In this document: in pieces, positions 1-13,750 of the stretch
How positions within the stretch are numbered: position 1 is the stretch's first letter
How the letters are laid out: every line of letters starts with the position of its first letter
Assembly (NCBI GenBank): GCA_030141605.1
Contig: JAQGDQ010000206.1
Span: 186,001-250,000 of the forward strand
DNA length: 64,000 nucleotides
From: Tubiluchus corallicola
Taxonomy: Eukaryota > Animalia > Priapulida
Direction: 5' to 3'
Made by a program: the position numbers and the translations under genes
The notes under the pieces: model-generated
Told to the model about the DNA's origin: nothing
Databases searched by the model: none
The model's input: the letters and a program-made list of their open reading frames with translations, nothing else

Positions 1-788
1 TAAACTAGTAGTATAAAAGAGTATATACTAGTAGTATAAAAAAGTACAACTAGTACAAACTAGTATAAAAGATTGGATTGTAAAAATTTCCAGTGGAAGA
101 CAGATTCACCACTTCAAGAACGAAAAAAGTATGATTATTGCAGTAGGTCTGGCACTGTACAAACAGGATAGCATTTAAAGAAGCAGTAAAAAATGGAAAT
201 GCAGATTTTTGATAAGGAGCAGTAGATATTAAGAAATGACAGACCAGATAAGGTAAAAAGTTTATGTAAGTGTGTGTTTTAATCATTTTAATCTCATTTT
301 TCTAATGATACAATTTGTTTTTCAAATTCTTATCGCTTTTTTACAAGAAGTGAGTCAAGAAACTCAGTCTCACTGGGATACAATTCCAGTGATTGAACAC
401 CTTTAATAATGGTGTGTATAAGAGCTGTGAGCAGTGGCAATATGGGATATCTTTATTTAAAATTATATGCTTTTTTATGGTTGTGTCAGATTTGTGACTT
501 TTGTCTATTCTTTTCAGTTTTTTCCATATAAGGGAGGGGCACTTTTTTCTCGACATCTTATACGCTAAGGTTGTAACGATACACCTAGGTCATGATATGA
601 TACATATCATGATACAAACCTCACAATACGATGCGTATCACAATACACCTGGGTTAACGTTTGCAGTTTTATGCAAAAAATAAATTACGCAGTTGATAAA
701 TGCTATTAAGCATATTTTATCAATCAACTGTTTTAGCATGATTGCTGCAAGCTAAAATGACTCGACAACCTATTTGTTTTTTCTCTAT

Positions 789-1223
789 TAGTGTTCCCTC
801 GCTGGTTCGCGGTTCGTTTATCACAGACTCGCTAATTCCGCGGGTTTTCAACAATGTTAAGGCAAAATATTTATCGCAGTATTTTCGCTGTTTTGCGGGT
901 TTTTGCGGTACTCTGTCTAAAGTATTTTTGCACCTGCGTAGTACGTATTGTACAGTAAATGTGAAGTGAATGAAGACGTGAAAGATCTGCTTGACATAAA
1001 ACATTTAAGTAAAGTTTTTTAAAAGGCACATGTACAGTATGAGAAAAATTATTAAAGGAAGGGGAAAGGGTTATGTATAATTATAAGAGTGTGGGGAGGG
1101 TTTACAAAGACTTAAAATAATGTATAACTACTAAAATAAGTATAGCGTCCCCCTACTTCGCGGAAATTCACTTATCGCGGGTGGGCCTGGAACGGAACAC
1201 CCGCGATAAGTGAGGGAACACTG
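789..1223 (+). mobile_element. TA-flanked Tc1/mariner-pogo-like MITE, copy 1
   Basis: TIR (C)AGTGTTCCCTC...GAGGGAACACTG|TA; homologous to 58572-59110 and 61750-62183. Confidence 0.82.
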
Positions 1224-2229
1224 TACTTCTATAGCCTAGTGTCAAGGCTAGTGTTTGCATTGTAAGCTACCAGAAAAGCAAAACACATCAATATTCCATG
1301 TTTAAAAGTCGCTTGTGCATTTTCTAGTGCACTTTTGCCATTTTATAAATTCTTATGTAAACAATGTAATTATCCTACTACAGAATAAAGATTGTGTAGG
1401 CTATTGTTTGCATTGTAAGTTACCAGAAAAGCAAAACACATCAATATTTTACGTTTAAAAGTTGCTTGTACATTTTCTGGTTCACTTTTTTGCCATTTGA
1501 CAAGTTTATATGTAAACAACGCAGTTATCCTACTACAGATTAAACACCTTGCGATTTCAACTGCTTTGACTGCTAGCAGTACCTGTGTCAAGTCAACAAC
1601 TGCTTACTGCGCAAATTGTTACGTATCTACAGTACACTCTACGGCTGCAGTTTGAATCATTTCATATCGTTTTTATCACCATACTGTCAAGCGCGTGCTA
1701 ATTTGCCAAATGCAATTGACTTAGATTATAACAACATAACATAACATAATCTTTTATTTATCTTGCAATACACAAACAGTTATAATACAAATAATTTGAA
1801 AAAGAATTTGTGTAGAAAGGGCAGCGAAAGACCAGCTGGTCATCTAGTCAGCTGCCCTTTGGTTAGTGAAGAACATTTTTAAAAGCGCTGTGCTACAGTG
1901 TATTAGTGTCAGTACTGCCTGTAGTTAGGATTTTTAAATTCTTACAAATGACATTAAATTGATTTATTTATAACGTGTTAATACAATCCATACGCAGTAA
2001 TAATAAGTGTGTAATAAAAAATCAAACAAAAACTGAAAATAAAAATCTGACAACGGAAATATAAGAAGAATGACAACTGAAATATACTTCATGATACAAG
2101 CATAATTGTTGACAGTCATAAAAATAAATTATCAACACAGGTGCAATTTGGCAATAAAAGACATCACGATGCAATGATATATCAATATATCATTACAAAC
2201 CCACTACACGTTATTATTACAATACTCAC

Positions 2230-4889
2230 AGTCGCTTCATTACAACTCGAACACTTCACCACATGTTGATGAGTCTTTCCGTCTATATCTATGGTCGACC
2301 GACATACTCGGCATATCACTGTGGGCTGGCCATTGCTATCAGGTGACGTGACAGGTGGAACCTCATCAGTGCCTGCAACAAACACAACTGAATAAAATTT
2401 TGGCAAGCAGCATCTGTCAGTGGCGCTACAACAATACAATTATCTAAAATACATAACGATTAAAGCACGAGAAAACCCTCCACTCGCATGAAGCTTAAAA
2501 AATCCGTCTTGAAATTTTATACCACTTACACACTGCCTTTTTGCATATTAGACGTGCGTAGGCAAAATGCGCTGTATAAAATATGTAAATTTAAACTCCC
2601 ATGATGACCATTAGGCACAGCTATTTTAACACTAAATCACCTGAAACAAGTTTAAAGGAAAACCGGATGATTGTGTAAACACAAGTTCAGAATAAAGAAT
2701 GCTCTAAAATATTGAAAACTACAATAGCTTTTTTTAAATCAAAGCTTAGATTAAATAATAATTACCTCAGACACTCAAATTTCATCGGACTTTTAAAGCT
2801 ACGAGTGGCTCAATGAATCTACTAAGATTGGCAACGGCGCCTTTTTGTCATATTCGCGTGGGCGATAAATAGAAGGCGGTACCGTGATAACCATGATCAT
2901 GAACTGCAGTGTTAGTTTCTGATCTCATATGATGTAAAGCCCATTTCTCGTGACATCATGCATTTAAACAGTACTGTAACACTTATGCAAATGTGCTTGA
3001 TGCACAAAGGAAAATGCCCACCATTGCACAAACTGTGGTTAGTTTCTGACGTAAGCAATAGCTGCTTTCGTTGCCGTTAATTAACTTTCTAAACTAATTA
3101 TTCAAATATAAGGAACAATTGTTAACTTTTATAGGCAAGAAAATGTATATTTTGGACAGTAAATTAAAATGAGATTGAGTCTAAACAATCGTCCGGTCTT
3201 CCTTTAAATAACATTTCCACAGAGTTTGAAACAGTAATAAGCGCATTCGTAGCATACTTCACTCTTTACTAATTAAGCAAACGTATGGATTACTGTATCT
3301 TCTCAATAACACGTCAGTGGTGCACGCTGCGATGCAGTGCTGTTTTACCAGTTTGCACGAACATTTCAAATCAGTAAAAATTTTCTTTTCTAGATGCACG
3401 AGTCCTTGAAAAATGTAAGAGTAATGTTAAGTTTATATAACTTTATGTAGAAAGTTTTTTGGGATATACATTAAAATTGAATTTTCTCCCCTTTAAGGTT
3501 TTTTTAATGTTTAATCAGCTATAGATTATCAATCACCACTGTTAGACATAGAGTTCCTATGTAGCTTGTGGCTCACATCAGCAAACTCCTCAGCTCTCAC
3601 GGTTTTACCACAAGTATCACAATTTTAACTCATTTCTTTCACAGTACACATTTGTTTTCTCAAGGTAAACAAAAAGATCAATAAATTTGGATAATAGTGA
3701 CAAAACTAAAAGAAATAGGAAAATTTTCTTCTGTGAATCAATTTAGAATGCCACCACATCCAAACAGCCTCTTTAATAAGCTTATTTTGCATGGAAAACA
3801 ACCCTGATTAATAACCAAATTTACCAAATGCTTTCAAAGGAGCTTACAGCTCTCCACACAATTTAAATACCCTAACCTATCCCTAACCCTAACCCTAAGC
3901 CAACTCCAAACCCTAACTCTAATCAGCTTCACAAACTAGTTACATATATGTGAGGGATTGTAAACTTTAGCCAATACGTTTACCAAAACTGTTTTACCGT
4001 ATAACTGCACCAGTTTAACTTTTTTCTAGAGAAAGACTTAGTGCCAAACAGTAATCATAATTCATGACTTACTTTTATATTTACGGCATAAAAAATTCTA
4101 GGTTTGGTTCCTCATAGGATTGAGAAGTCTGTGCCAGGTTAAAAAGACGTTGAATATTTGTGGTGCACTGCTACCTGTATTTCTTATCAACTTTGGCTAA
4201 AAACTCTGGCCAATATTGGGCTTACTAATTTACTTTTTTGACATTACTTTTGAGCTATCAGGACAACAATTCACTCGGAAAATAAATTAGTACAGCAAGC
4301 ATTCTTTTTCAGCACGTGTTGTACGTATAGTTTACCCAAAGAGACAATATACCGTAATGCTGAATTTCGTAATGGCGAAAACTGAGACTCCATTTTTTCC
4401 AGAGCAACAACTGTTAGTTTTGTCAAAACTAGTTTTAAAGGTCAATAGCTTGGTACCAATTATGTGAATGAGGAGTGTTTTAAGCTCTCCTACTTCTAGC
4501 TACTTTTTACATGCAAATAAATCAGTGGCAAATATTTGCTAGCTGCAAACACTACATCGTTAATCATGTTAACGCATCGATACAACTAAGTACCATGGAT
4601 TTAATGTTCTATAATTCTGAGAGTCGTAGTAAATTACTATGTTTAATTTACTATTGTTCTAAATCATGACGCACATCGTAAAAACGGTCATTATTGTCAG
4701 ACAATAGGCCTACATTATCCAAATCACTGACTGTTTACTCATACAGACTTTACTAATAAAAAATAAAACAGATTTGCTTATACCTGAAACGGGCAAACTT
4801 TTTTCTCCTGCACTCTCTGTCTGAGATGCATTTTGCAACAAAGGTGCTCTTTCATTCACATTTTCAGCATCTTCTTGTTCTTGCTCCAT
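2230..4889 (-). CDS. PIP4P2: TMEM55/PIP4P1-2 family phosphatidylinositol-4,5-bisphosphate 4-phosphatase, first two coding exons (3' part outside window)
   Basis: Exon 4889-4784 ([19 protein letters not shown]..., ERAPLL dileucine-type sorting motif; GT donor, phase 1) splices in frame to exon 2372-2230 ([48 protein letters not shown]; GTGAGT donor). This matches the TMEM55 signature CRVC..HQHVVKC..CNEAT. An in-frame upstream ATG at 4991 could extend the N-terminus. Paralog assignment (PIP4P1 vs PIP4P2) is not resolvable. Confidence 0.88.
2656..3203 (+). mobile_element. TTAA-flanked (Kolobok-like) MITE family A, copy 1
   Basis: TTAA|AGGAAAACCGGATGATTGT...ACAATCGTCCGGTCTTCCT|TTAA; homologous to 14260-14797 and 49200-49745. 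Confidence 0.85.
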
Positions 4890-5134
4890 ACTTTTGTCTC
4901 TCGATTTGTGGCTCCCTCTAACAGGCACCGGTGTGATTACTGGTCCTGTCAACTGCTGCACCCTGTTGGTGGCAGCTAAGTCTTCATTCATTCATTTATT
5001 CATTCAGTAAGTTTTTAACTAATTTATTTTACTATCTTACGTTAAGTCGTTTCATAATTTAGATAAATGATAGCTTATTTACAGTTTTCGTCATTTTTGC
5101 AATTTTGAATCAGTATCTTACGTAGTGGGTACTA
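4890..5134. promoter_or_regulatory. Probable bidirectional promoter (TMEM55 / coiled-coil gene)
   Basis: Divergent start codons only 143-245 bp apart; inferred from the gene models. Confidence 0.55.
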
Positions 5135-8100
5135 ATGGAGAGAAAAAGTTCTTCCAGTTCAACTTCAAGTCAACAAGGTTCTGAATCCAGTTTATCTACC
5201 TCACCAAACATGCTTACATTGTTGGGACGTCTCAAGGAACTGTACAGAAAGCAGCTATGCGAAACAGACTTATTAAACGGCACAGACAACGACCATAATG
5301 AGGTATTATAGTCTCGATACTTCGCTAAAATTTTCACTTTTGCTCGATTTCTCAAAATTCTTTCATTATTAAGTCTCGAAATTATCTTTTTTGATACAGA
5401 TTTGCAAACATGGTCTGCATGGCATCTACTGTCTGCCGTTTGAAGGTCATTTCTTGGAAAACGGTATTAAATAATTAAGATTTCAGACCTCTTGTTTACA
5501 ACAAAATTCTTTTTTCTCAGGCAAAGATCCTTCTTCTGGAAGAGTATACATCAAAGCTAGAAGAGCAGAACACCATGCTGATGCAAGCCATGATTGAACT
5601 CGAGACAGAGGCTAGTTACAGAGTGAAGCTTTTGGAGGAGAGACTTCGCGACACGACAAAGTATGTCAAGGTGAGTTGATGGTGAGCCATCTATGAATTA
5701 TTAATGATTTGCTGGTTTATCTTGCTTAATTTTGTTCCTGCTTGGCTTAAAGGAAAGGCCAAGCCTTCTGGGAAAGTAGGGTTATTTCAGTGTTTGCGAC
5801 AAATATTAGAAAGGTTCAGCAGTAAAAGTGTGATAAGTACCTAACGTAATTAGTGAAGTCATTGTGGGAAGATAGAGTTATTTCAGTGTTTGCGAAAAAT
5901 GTTTGAAAGGTTATAAAAGTGTGAAATCATTTTAAAGTCCCGATCATTTCACCCTTTGGTGTTCCCATTTTGAACTCCCATTCCTGAACCAGTGATGTCA
6001 CTCATTGGTTGAAGAAGAGCAGTGCATTGTCAATTTCCGTCAAAAGTATAGTAAGTTTTCACAATTTTCTGACATTTTTGCGTGAACTTTGGGTAGGCTG
6101 CGGAAATGTGAATTAGTTTAAGCAGTGCATGCTTACGAAAAGCCGCGATGTGCTTGCAAAAAGTCATGCCAAATACGTCATAATTTTCAAGTGAATGTCG
6201 GCTACGACTGCCCCGAAAATTTCTATGCAGCGGGTAGTATAAATTAACTTTATGATTTATAGAATTTTTTTTACAGATTTCTTTGTTATGTTTTTTTTTT
6301 AAGTTTAAGTGATAACAGTAGAATAAACCCGAAGTGCCCCCCCTCCAACCTCGCCGAATAACATGTCCTTTCCTTTAAACCAGCTGATAGTGGCTGTGCT
6401 GTTTTTTACGAAATTTTCTATAGAGAAATTTTTTTGGAAGTTGTATAATTTCCTTGTTTTGCTGTCAAAAATTAGTACTAGATGGCAGCATATGTTTGAC
6501 GTTTTGCATAATATAATTAATGACTTTATATTATATTGTTAGGCATTTGTGTCACAAGTTAAAGTAAATGGAGATAAACTGGAATATCAGAAGATGCACA
6601 TTCCAACAAATGACATTCCTATTAAGAAACAGGTAATAACGAAAACTGTCAAATGCCAAGTCTTGCGGGAAGCTGAGCTTATTTTAAATTTCAGAAATAT
6701 GTTAGAAAATTTCTGCAATAAAACCGTGACAAGTGCTTCGAGCAAAATCAATTTAAAGTCATGATCACTTCAAGCTTTAGCCCGCTCATTTTGAACGAAA
6801 AATGACGTCTTCTGGTTACTGTACAGTGTAAACACTTATCCCGCGAGATGAGTAAACTTTTACAGCTGCAGTTACTATTATCAATTACAAACTATCCAAA
6901 ACATTAAATGAGGAATCATTAATACTACTTTTTGCTTTTTAGTGAATCCCATTAAAGGGTAAGTAATGAAAGTAAGGTAGGTAAGTAAGTAAAGTAAGTA
7001 AAAACTGAGTAACGAAAACCAGTTAAGAACGATAATATATAATAATCTCCAACGCAGTTAGTTAAAGCCGACAAAATAACAGAAAAATTATTTTAATTAC
7101 ATGTAGTTAAAAGAGAACTCAGTTATAAGCTAAGTAAACTACCTGGCACCTATTGTGTAGCTTCTCATCCTCACAGAATTCCATGCTTATCTATAATTAT
7201 GTTATGTGTAGTATTTACGCATTTTGAGATGTAAACCTGTAGATTAAAGCCATGTAAGAACTTAAGGTTATTGGCAAATTGATCAAGGAACTAATTTTTA
7301 CATAAACGCAATTAAACTTTAAGATTTAATCAAATTTAATCGGCTAGAATATCAGAATTTCTGAGTGAACTGCAGAAGTTTTATTACGTTTGCCTTTCTA
7401 CTGACCACCATCTTGTCTACTTTATAAGTCATAAGTCATTTATTTCACATTACACATTTGCAATGATTACATATACAATATCTAGTGAAAGGGCCTACAA
7501 TGGATATAATACAAATAAGAAATACTGCACAGAAAAAGCCTCAAACACTGTTCACTTATGCACGAAGATAAATGTGTTGTGGGCAATCAAGAAGCAGGGC
7601 TTGTTAGATTGTCCCACACAGTGATAGAAAAAAAATATGGAGATAATCTGAAAATTTAATGTGAATCGTGATTAAAAAAAACATTAGTGCTTAAAATGGA
7701 ATGACGTAATGAATGAAGCTCATATATGGGATGATATGAAAGATAGAAAGACTATTCGTTTTTAATAGCATGTAAATTTAAAATAACTTTCTTTCAAATA
7801 TGCCCTGGTTCTTTTGGTGGTAGACAAGAATGATATAAATTTCTATTGCAGTTTTAAGTATTTTTATTTGTATGTTAAAATACAACGAATGTTGTTTGAG
7901 GTTGGCTTTTCCTTTAATGTGTTTAACCTGATGACTGTCATATATTATTCTATTTTACGATACTGTATTACGTGATAAGTAATAATGAGAACTTCTTCTA
8001 GAAATAGCACTAAATTATCTCTAAATTATCTCAAACTTCCTCTAAATTATGGGAAGTTGTTTTTAAATACCATTACAGCAGTCGCCGCTTAATAAAACCG

Positions 8101-9533
8101 TGAATAATAAAATCAGTCGCATTTTAGAATCATTCAGGCACCGTTCTGGATCAGTCCGACTTCCTCCCTGGCAATTATTGTTAAGAAATTTGGTTAATAA
8201 AGCAATTGCACTGTTTAATAGCAACTCATTTCTCAGTAACCGTCAACAAAAACAATAGCAAAATGAAAAAAATAAATAAAAAACAATCAACAGGCATGCG
8301 AGTAAGCTGATTGACTCGTGCTTATTTGTCACATAGTATTAATTAGGGTAATTAGTGTATGTACAGTAGTTTGCTTAACAGGTACTTCACTTTGCCAGGT
8401 GCTGGCAACAGACCTGTCGCATATTAATACCATCGTTTATTGACCATATGTCAAATTATAATGTTGTAATTTTGTCGTTAATATTTTGTGAATACGTTTT
8501 GTATAATAATTGTAAAGTGTTTGTAAACGTTAATTGTTAATCCAATTGTTGCGTTTTGTTTCTCTCGGAAGGCTCGTAGAGAAAACCAGAAAACACGCCG
8601 TTAAATGTTATTACTTTATTGAACGAGAATTCTCTAGAACACGAAGATGAAGGAACTTTGAAATGATTACAATAAACGTGAAAATCTGGAAAACGTTCAG
8701 GTAAGTAAATAAATAAGTCCGTGTTCTGCGATGTGCCTTCCCGTGTCGGCAGTCTGCTTCGCCTTATATAGCGCGCTGGAGAAACTTCTCGAACAAATGT
8801 TCGAGAACAATCCAGACGCTAAGACGGTCATCCCGACGGAACATTCTACGATGTTCCATGCAATTCTACTCGACGTCAGCGATCTCCACAACACCAATAA
8901 ATTAAATTAAACTGAATTGTTAGGATCACTTATTGCTGGTCCCGTGGTGGTTTTGTTAAGCAGAGACTAGTACATTATCATCTGCATATTAATATGATAT
9001 CTGTTTTTTTCTGATAGTTATATATGTTTTTACTGCTGTGTTCATTGCATTCTTCTTTCTTTGTTTAGATGGTGACAATAAACACTACCGTGGACCCAAT
9101 TAAATCAATTGATGCAACGCCATTTCTCTCTCCCGCCGCATCTTCAGAACTGCCAACAAGCTTAGCTGAGCATGACCCAATGTCCAACTCCGTATCTTCG
9201 ACTCCGAGTTCGCACAAGTCATGTCTCTGTGACTGCAACAACTCTTGCAAAGTGGACGGGTTAGAGCGACGACTGAAAGCGGCAAACGACGAGATCGGGG
9301 ACTTGTGCCTGGAGTTAAAACAGAAGGACAGAGAAGCGTATGATCTGCAGTTAGCCTTGAATGAACAGAATAAGGAAAACAGGTTGTTGAGTTCTGAACT
9401 CGCCGTGTTGAACTACCGGTTAGGTGAGCTGCGCCACAGCATGAATAATAGCAGCAGACTTGCGAGTGACGTATGCTCATCAGAGCTTAATCTGAACGAA
9501 TCTCTCGAAGATACATTTGACCTTAGCGAGTAG
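5135..9533 (+). CDS. Uncharacterised ~290-aa coiled-coil protein, 4 coding exons
   Basis: Exons 5135-5302 (MERKSSSS...LGRLKELYRKQL...), 5521-5670 (AKILLLEEYTSKLEEQNTMLMQAMIELETEASYRVKLLEERL...), 6543-6632 and 9069-9533 (...LERRLKAANDEIGDLCLELKQKDREAYDLQLAL...TAG). All introns are GT-AG, phase 0, with no stops. Heptad-like L/E/K/Q pattern. Family not recognised. Confidence 0.72.
5751..6374. mobile_element. TTAA-flanked MITE family B
   Basis: TTAA|AGGAAAGG...CCTTTCCT|TTAA. Confidence 0.6.
8076..8970. mobile_element. Decayed TA-flanked element
   Basis: TA|CAGCAGTCGCCGCTTAATAAAACC versus GGTTTTGTTAAGCAGAGACTAG|TA, an imperfect inverted repeat. Confidence 0.5.
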
Positions 9534-10055
9534 GAGCGTACGTGGCTTTGCACCCAGAGAATTCGTCCTTTTGCGGACGTTTGATTCGCACAGGGTTGCC
9601 AGACGTTGTGATAAAATTTTGTACTTTATATGTAAGTTTTTACAAGGAGTTAGGAATTGTGCTAAAAGCTAATGATCTATACCAGGTGACACAAAAAAAT
9701 GCCCCACAGTCTTCATGGTAATGTTATAATGAAGAAATAGCAGAATCGCTTGAAAATTACCACATTAATGTTATAGATACCGTGGATACACATGATGCTC
9801 TTCGCCAATTCAGCGAGCAAACTGACATCAATAAAAAGTGCCAGTTTGCAAGATCAAAAACATGCATTTTGTTCACTCTTTACAGAAATTTCTTGTTTTG
9901 CACCAATCAGCAATTACTATTACTGTTTACTCGTCTTTCATTACACTTTTAGCTACATATCATCTGCAGTGTCATCTGCAAACTTACAGAATGAATATTT
10001 CAAATCTTCTTTATACAAATTTTTAAATTTTTTTAGATCAATCATGTTTAACATT

Positions 10056-10966
10056 ATGGCAAACAACGGGTGCCAGGATCTAATACAAATTCTATGGTCT
10101 GCTGTATGACGAACAATGGGTGCCAAGTTCTAACACAAATTCTATGGTCTGCTGTATGGCAAACAATGGGTACCAGGTTCTAATACAAATTCTATGGTCT
10201 GCTGTATGGCAAACAATGGGTGCCACGTTCTAATACAAATTCTATGGTCTGCTGTATGGCACACAATAGGCGCCAGGTTCTAATACAAATTCTATGGTCT
10301 GCTGTATGGCAAACAATGAGTGCCATGTTCTAATACAAATTCTATGGTCTGCTGTATGGCAAACAATGAGTGCCATGTTCTAATACAAATTCTATGGTCT
10401 GCTGTATGGCACAAAATGGACACCAGGTTCTAATACAAATTCTATGGTATGTTGTGTGGCAAACAATGGGCGCCAAGTTCTAATACAAATTTTATGGTCT
10501 GCTGTATGGCAAACAATAGACGCCAGGTTCTAATACAAAGTCTATGGTATGTTGTGGCAAGCAATGGGCGCCAGATTCTAATACAAATTCTATGGTCTGC
10601 TGTATGGCAAACAATGGGCGCCATGTTCTATTACAAATTCTATGGTCTGCTGTATGGCAAACAATGGACGCCAGGTTCTAATACAAATTCTATGGTATGT
10701 TGTGTGGCAAACAATGGGTGCCAGGTTCTAATACAAATTGTATGGTCTGCTGTATGGCACACAATGGACACCAGGTTCTAATACAAATTCTATGGTCTGC
10801 TGTATGGCAAACAATGGACGCCAGGTTCTAATACAAATTCTATGGTCTGCTGTATGGCAAACAATGGGCACCACATTCTAATACAAATTCTATATCTGCT
10901 GTATGGCACACAATGGGTGCCAGGTTGTAATACAAATTCTATAGTCTGCTGTAAGGAAAAACAATG
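10056..10966. repeat. 50-bp minisatellite, ~18 units
   Basis: Unit ttctaatacaaattctatggtctgctgtatggcaaacaatgggtgccagg. Confidence 0.95.
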
Positions 10967-11470
10967 GCTGATACACATTTTTGAAGTATTTTTTGATGTG
11001 CTGAGATATGCTAGCTAGCAATCTCTCTGTGCACATTTAAATCTATGGAACAAGTATATTTTTGTGATTTATAATAATATATTTCATCTTTTCTTTTACT
11101 TTTCGTTTATCTCTGTTAGTCAGAGTTAGACATTCAGGAAATTTTTCTCAAGAAAAACTTCTCAAGGAAACCAAAGAATGGTCGTTTTAATATACTGAAT
11201 TTATTTGGAGAAATGTAACTAGTCCAGGATTTTATTGCGCTTTGTTTCTGATTATCATGTTGTAATGATAAAACGTTATTGCCGATTCAAGACTAGTGTT
11301 TATTTTTTTATTATTATTACTATGCTGTTGTTGTGCTTGTGCAAAATACATTAAATTGGTGAGATTATCAGCACGATATTTTTGCCGAGGGTTTATGCAT
11401 CATTAATAAATAAATGACCAAATTTGATTATTGTGATATTTAATTGTTGTTTATACTTAATCGTATAGAA

Positions 11471-11931
11471 CAGGGGTGTGCAAATTGCGGCCCGCGAATA
11501 GATTTGTCAACCTAATGAAAGTGCGGCCCGGGTGATTAATTGAGTGTATCCAGCTGAAGTCCGTGCCACGATCCCAAAGATAGTGCGGGTAGTTTTTTCT
11601 ACTAGATCAGATGCCATTAACCCTTACAAGACGGTTGTAGCTTAATGTCACTGTACTACACAGACTGTGTGATACACATTACTAATATGCATTGTAATAA
11701 AATTACCATTATCTGTCCTGAAAGTAGAAATATATGGTTTGTGATATAAATTTTAATAACTTGTAAAATAGTTTCTTGAGTGTAGTAGTAATGATATACG
11801 CAGGTCGGATGCAAAAAAAATCGTTATTAGGCCTTTCTGTACTTGGCTCCTTGATCAAACTGCCTGTGGCCTGCAGGAATTGTGGGAAAGTTTAATGTGG
11901 CCCGGCTAGTCAGATAATTTGCACACCCCTG
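11471..11931 (+). mobile_element. hAT (Buster-type) MITE, copy 1
   Basis: TIR CAGGGGTGTGCAAATT...AATTTGCACACCCCTG; perfect 8-bp TSD GTATAGAA; small internal deletion. Confidence 0.92.
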
Positions 11932-12479
11932 GTATAGAATGGTTTGACTCGTGTATTCAAAGAAGTAGCAAGTTGCAACAGCTGGTGCACACCGGGTACT
12001 GTAATGGTGTAAAATGATCGATCCGATGTTTGACTTAAATAAACAGATTTTGCTTCAATTGTATTTTTGAGAAGAGAATGACGTGTCACTATTGTTAACT
12101 ACTGTGCATAAATGCTTAAAATAGTATTACATTTTCTTTTAGAAAATTTGGGCCAGTGTAAGAATGGAATCCACTATTCCGTAAGGTGGGGTTTAGTCAG
12201 TATTAACGATCCAGACCGGAGCCTAGATCGTTCGTAAGCCATTTATGCAAAGCATTCACATGTAGCCACTCGGTTATTAGCCCATCCCATCTTTGTATTT
12301 TGAAATTCTAAACGAATTCAGAGCGAACACGTTATAGTAGATGCTTAGAGGTAGGCAAATGCAGACATCCAGCAGAGAAAATGATAAAGAAATTGTAGAA
12401 ATAAAATATTTTGTCTGACGTACTGTTTTCTTTTGCAGAGACTGATTTTGATAAACCTGCATTCAGATTAGCATGTTTT

Positions 12480-12860
12480 GTGTCGCGAGCTTTCTCTTTG
12501 ACAGCAAACTTGCAAGTGTGAACCACTTTGCCAGTTACTGCCGGGACGTAATCCGACAATTGCTGCAAGTTGATTTACTACCTAGTGTAAACGCATCAGC
12601 GAGTTACTCTCGACACTTCTCACAGCAAGTAGATAAGTGAGTGTCAGCTCCCGGTTACTGTGAGACAGTAACTTGCAGCAAGTTTTGCTCTCTAGTCTGA
12701 ACAAGCTTGTGAGTTACTGTCTAGTGTAAATGCCTCAGAGAGTTACTCTCGACACAGTAAGTAGATAAGTGAGTGTCAGCTCTCGGTTACTGTGAGAGAG
12801 TAACTTGCAGCAAGTTTTGCTCTCTAGTCAGAACATGCTCGTGAGTTACTTGGCAAGAAA
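12480..12860 (-). repeat. Inverted copy of the same satellite-bearing family (~2 units)
   Basis: gcagcaagttttgctctctagtc occurs twice; reverse complement of the 36.3 kb and 41.7 kb unit. Confidence 0.8.
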
Positions 12861-13750
12861 ACACTACTATGAACGTGCCGTTACATTTGCATCTAGAAAA
12901 CACAGACACTTCGCACAGTATCACCTTGAGGGCCATTGCAATCGACCACAATGTCACATACCTTGGCTAACGAATTTCATAACAATTTGCTCGTATGACC
13001 GAAGTAATTTATTACTGATTCTAGACACGCATTACTTTTTTAAACAAACCTTTTATACACTGACATAACTTAAAAGCAAACACAAATAATAATTACAGGT
13101 TTGAAACGACATATCACAAATTTACATAAACAAATCTAGTTATACTACATACATAAGAAAGGTACTAAATACACGCTATCGCTTTTTACAATTTTTATTA
13201 CACCGCTTAATCGCTATCAAACAACTTCCACTTCTATTTAAGAATCAATATAGACTTTAACATAAAAGTAACAAAGTATAATATAGTTAAAATTTTATAA
13301 GTATTTGCATATCCAACTAACCATCTTAAGAGTATTGTTCAAAAACCCGCAATAAGTATGTTTTTTTCGTATCAAAAAGGAGTCCAGAATTTGAAAGCAG
13401 CAAATATAGTGCGGTCGTTTCTAAAGTCCACTGAATTCATTTGATCAATAACAGAGAATTTAAATAGATGAATAAATTATTAGTTTTCTTTCTTATTTTT
13501 ATTTTTGCCATTCACAGTAAAATAAAACATCGTTGCTTCTCTACAAAAAATTTATAACAGACTTTAAAAGTAAAGAAAATTTGGTAAAATTTAATTTCAA
13601 TGAAAAATTTCAGATCAGCTGCAGAAAAAGCGACAAATACTTGAAAATAGAATAATATGCAAGCACAGAAATTACGAGTTCATTTTTGACTATTATACAG
13701 AATCTTTTCTCCAGTTATTTTTTTCTTGCAAGAACCCGCTAGGAAGCCAT

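Noticed and set aside
3869-3922. CCCTAA telomere-like repeats
   Set aside because: Only a few degenerate units within an intron; most likely part of a dispersed repeat (similar motif at ~41105-41130).
5410-5463. Alternative first exon MVCMASTVCRLK(VISWKT) for the coiled-coil gene
   Set aside because: In phase, but less convincing than 5135-5302; cannot be supported without transcripts.
10056-10966. CRISPR-like periodicity (also 30151-30909 and 59121-59475)
   Set aside because: Units are contiguous with no unique spacers, there are no cas genes, and the context is eukaryotic; these are minisatellites.
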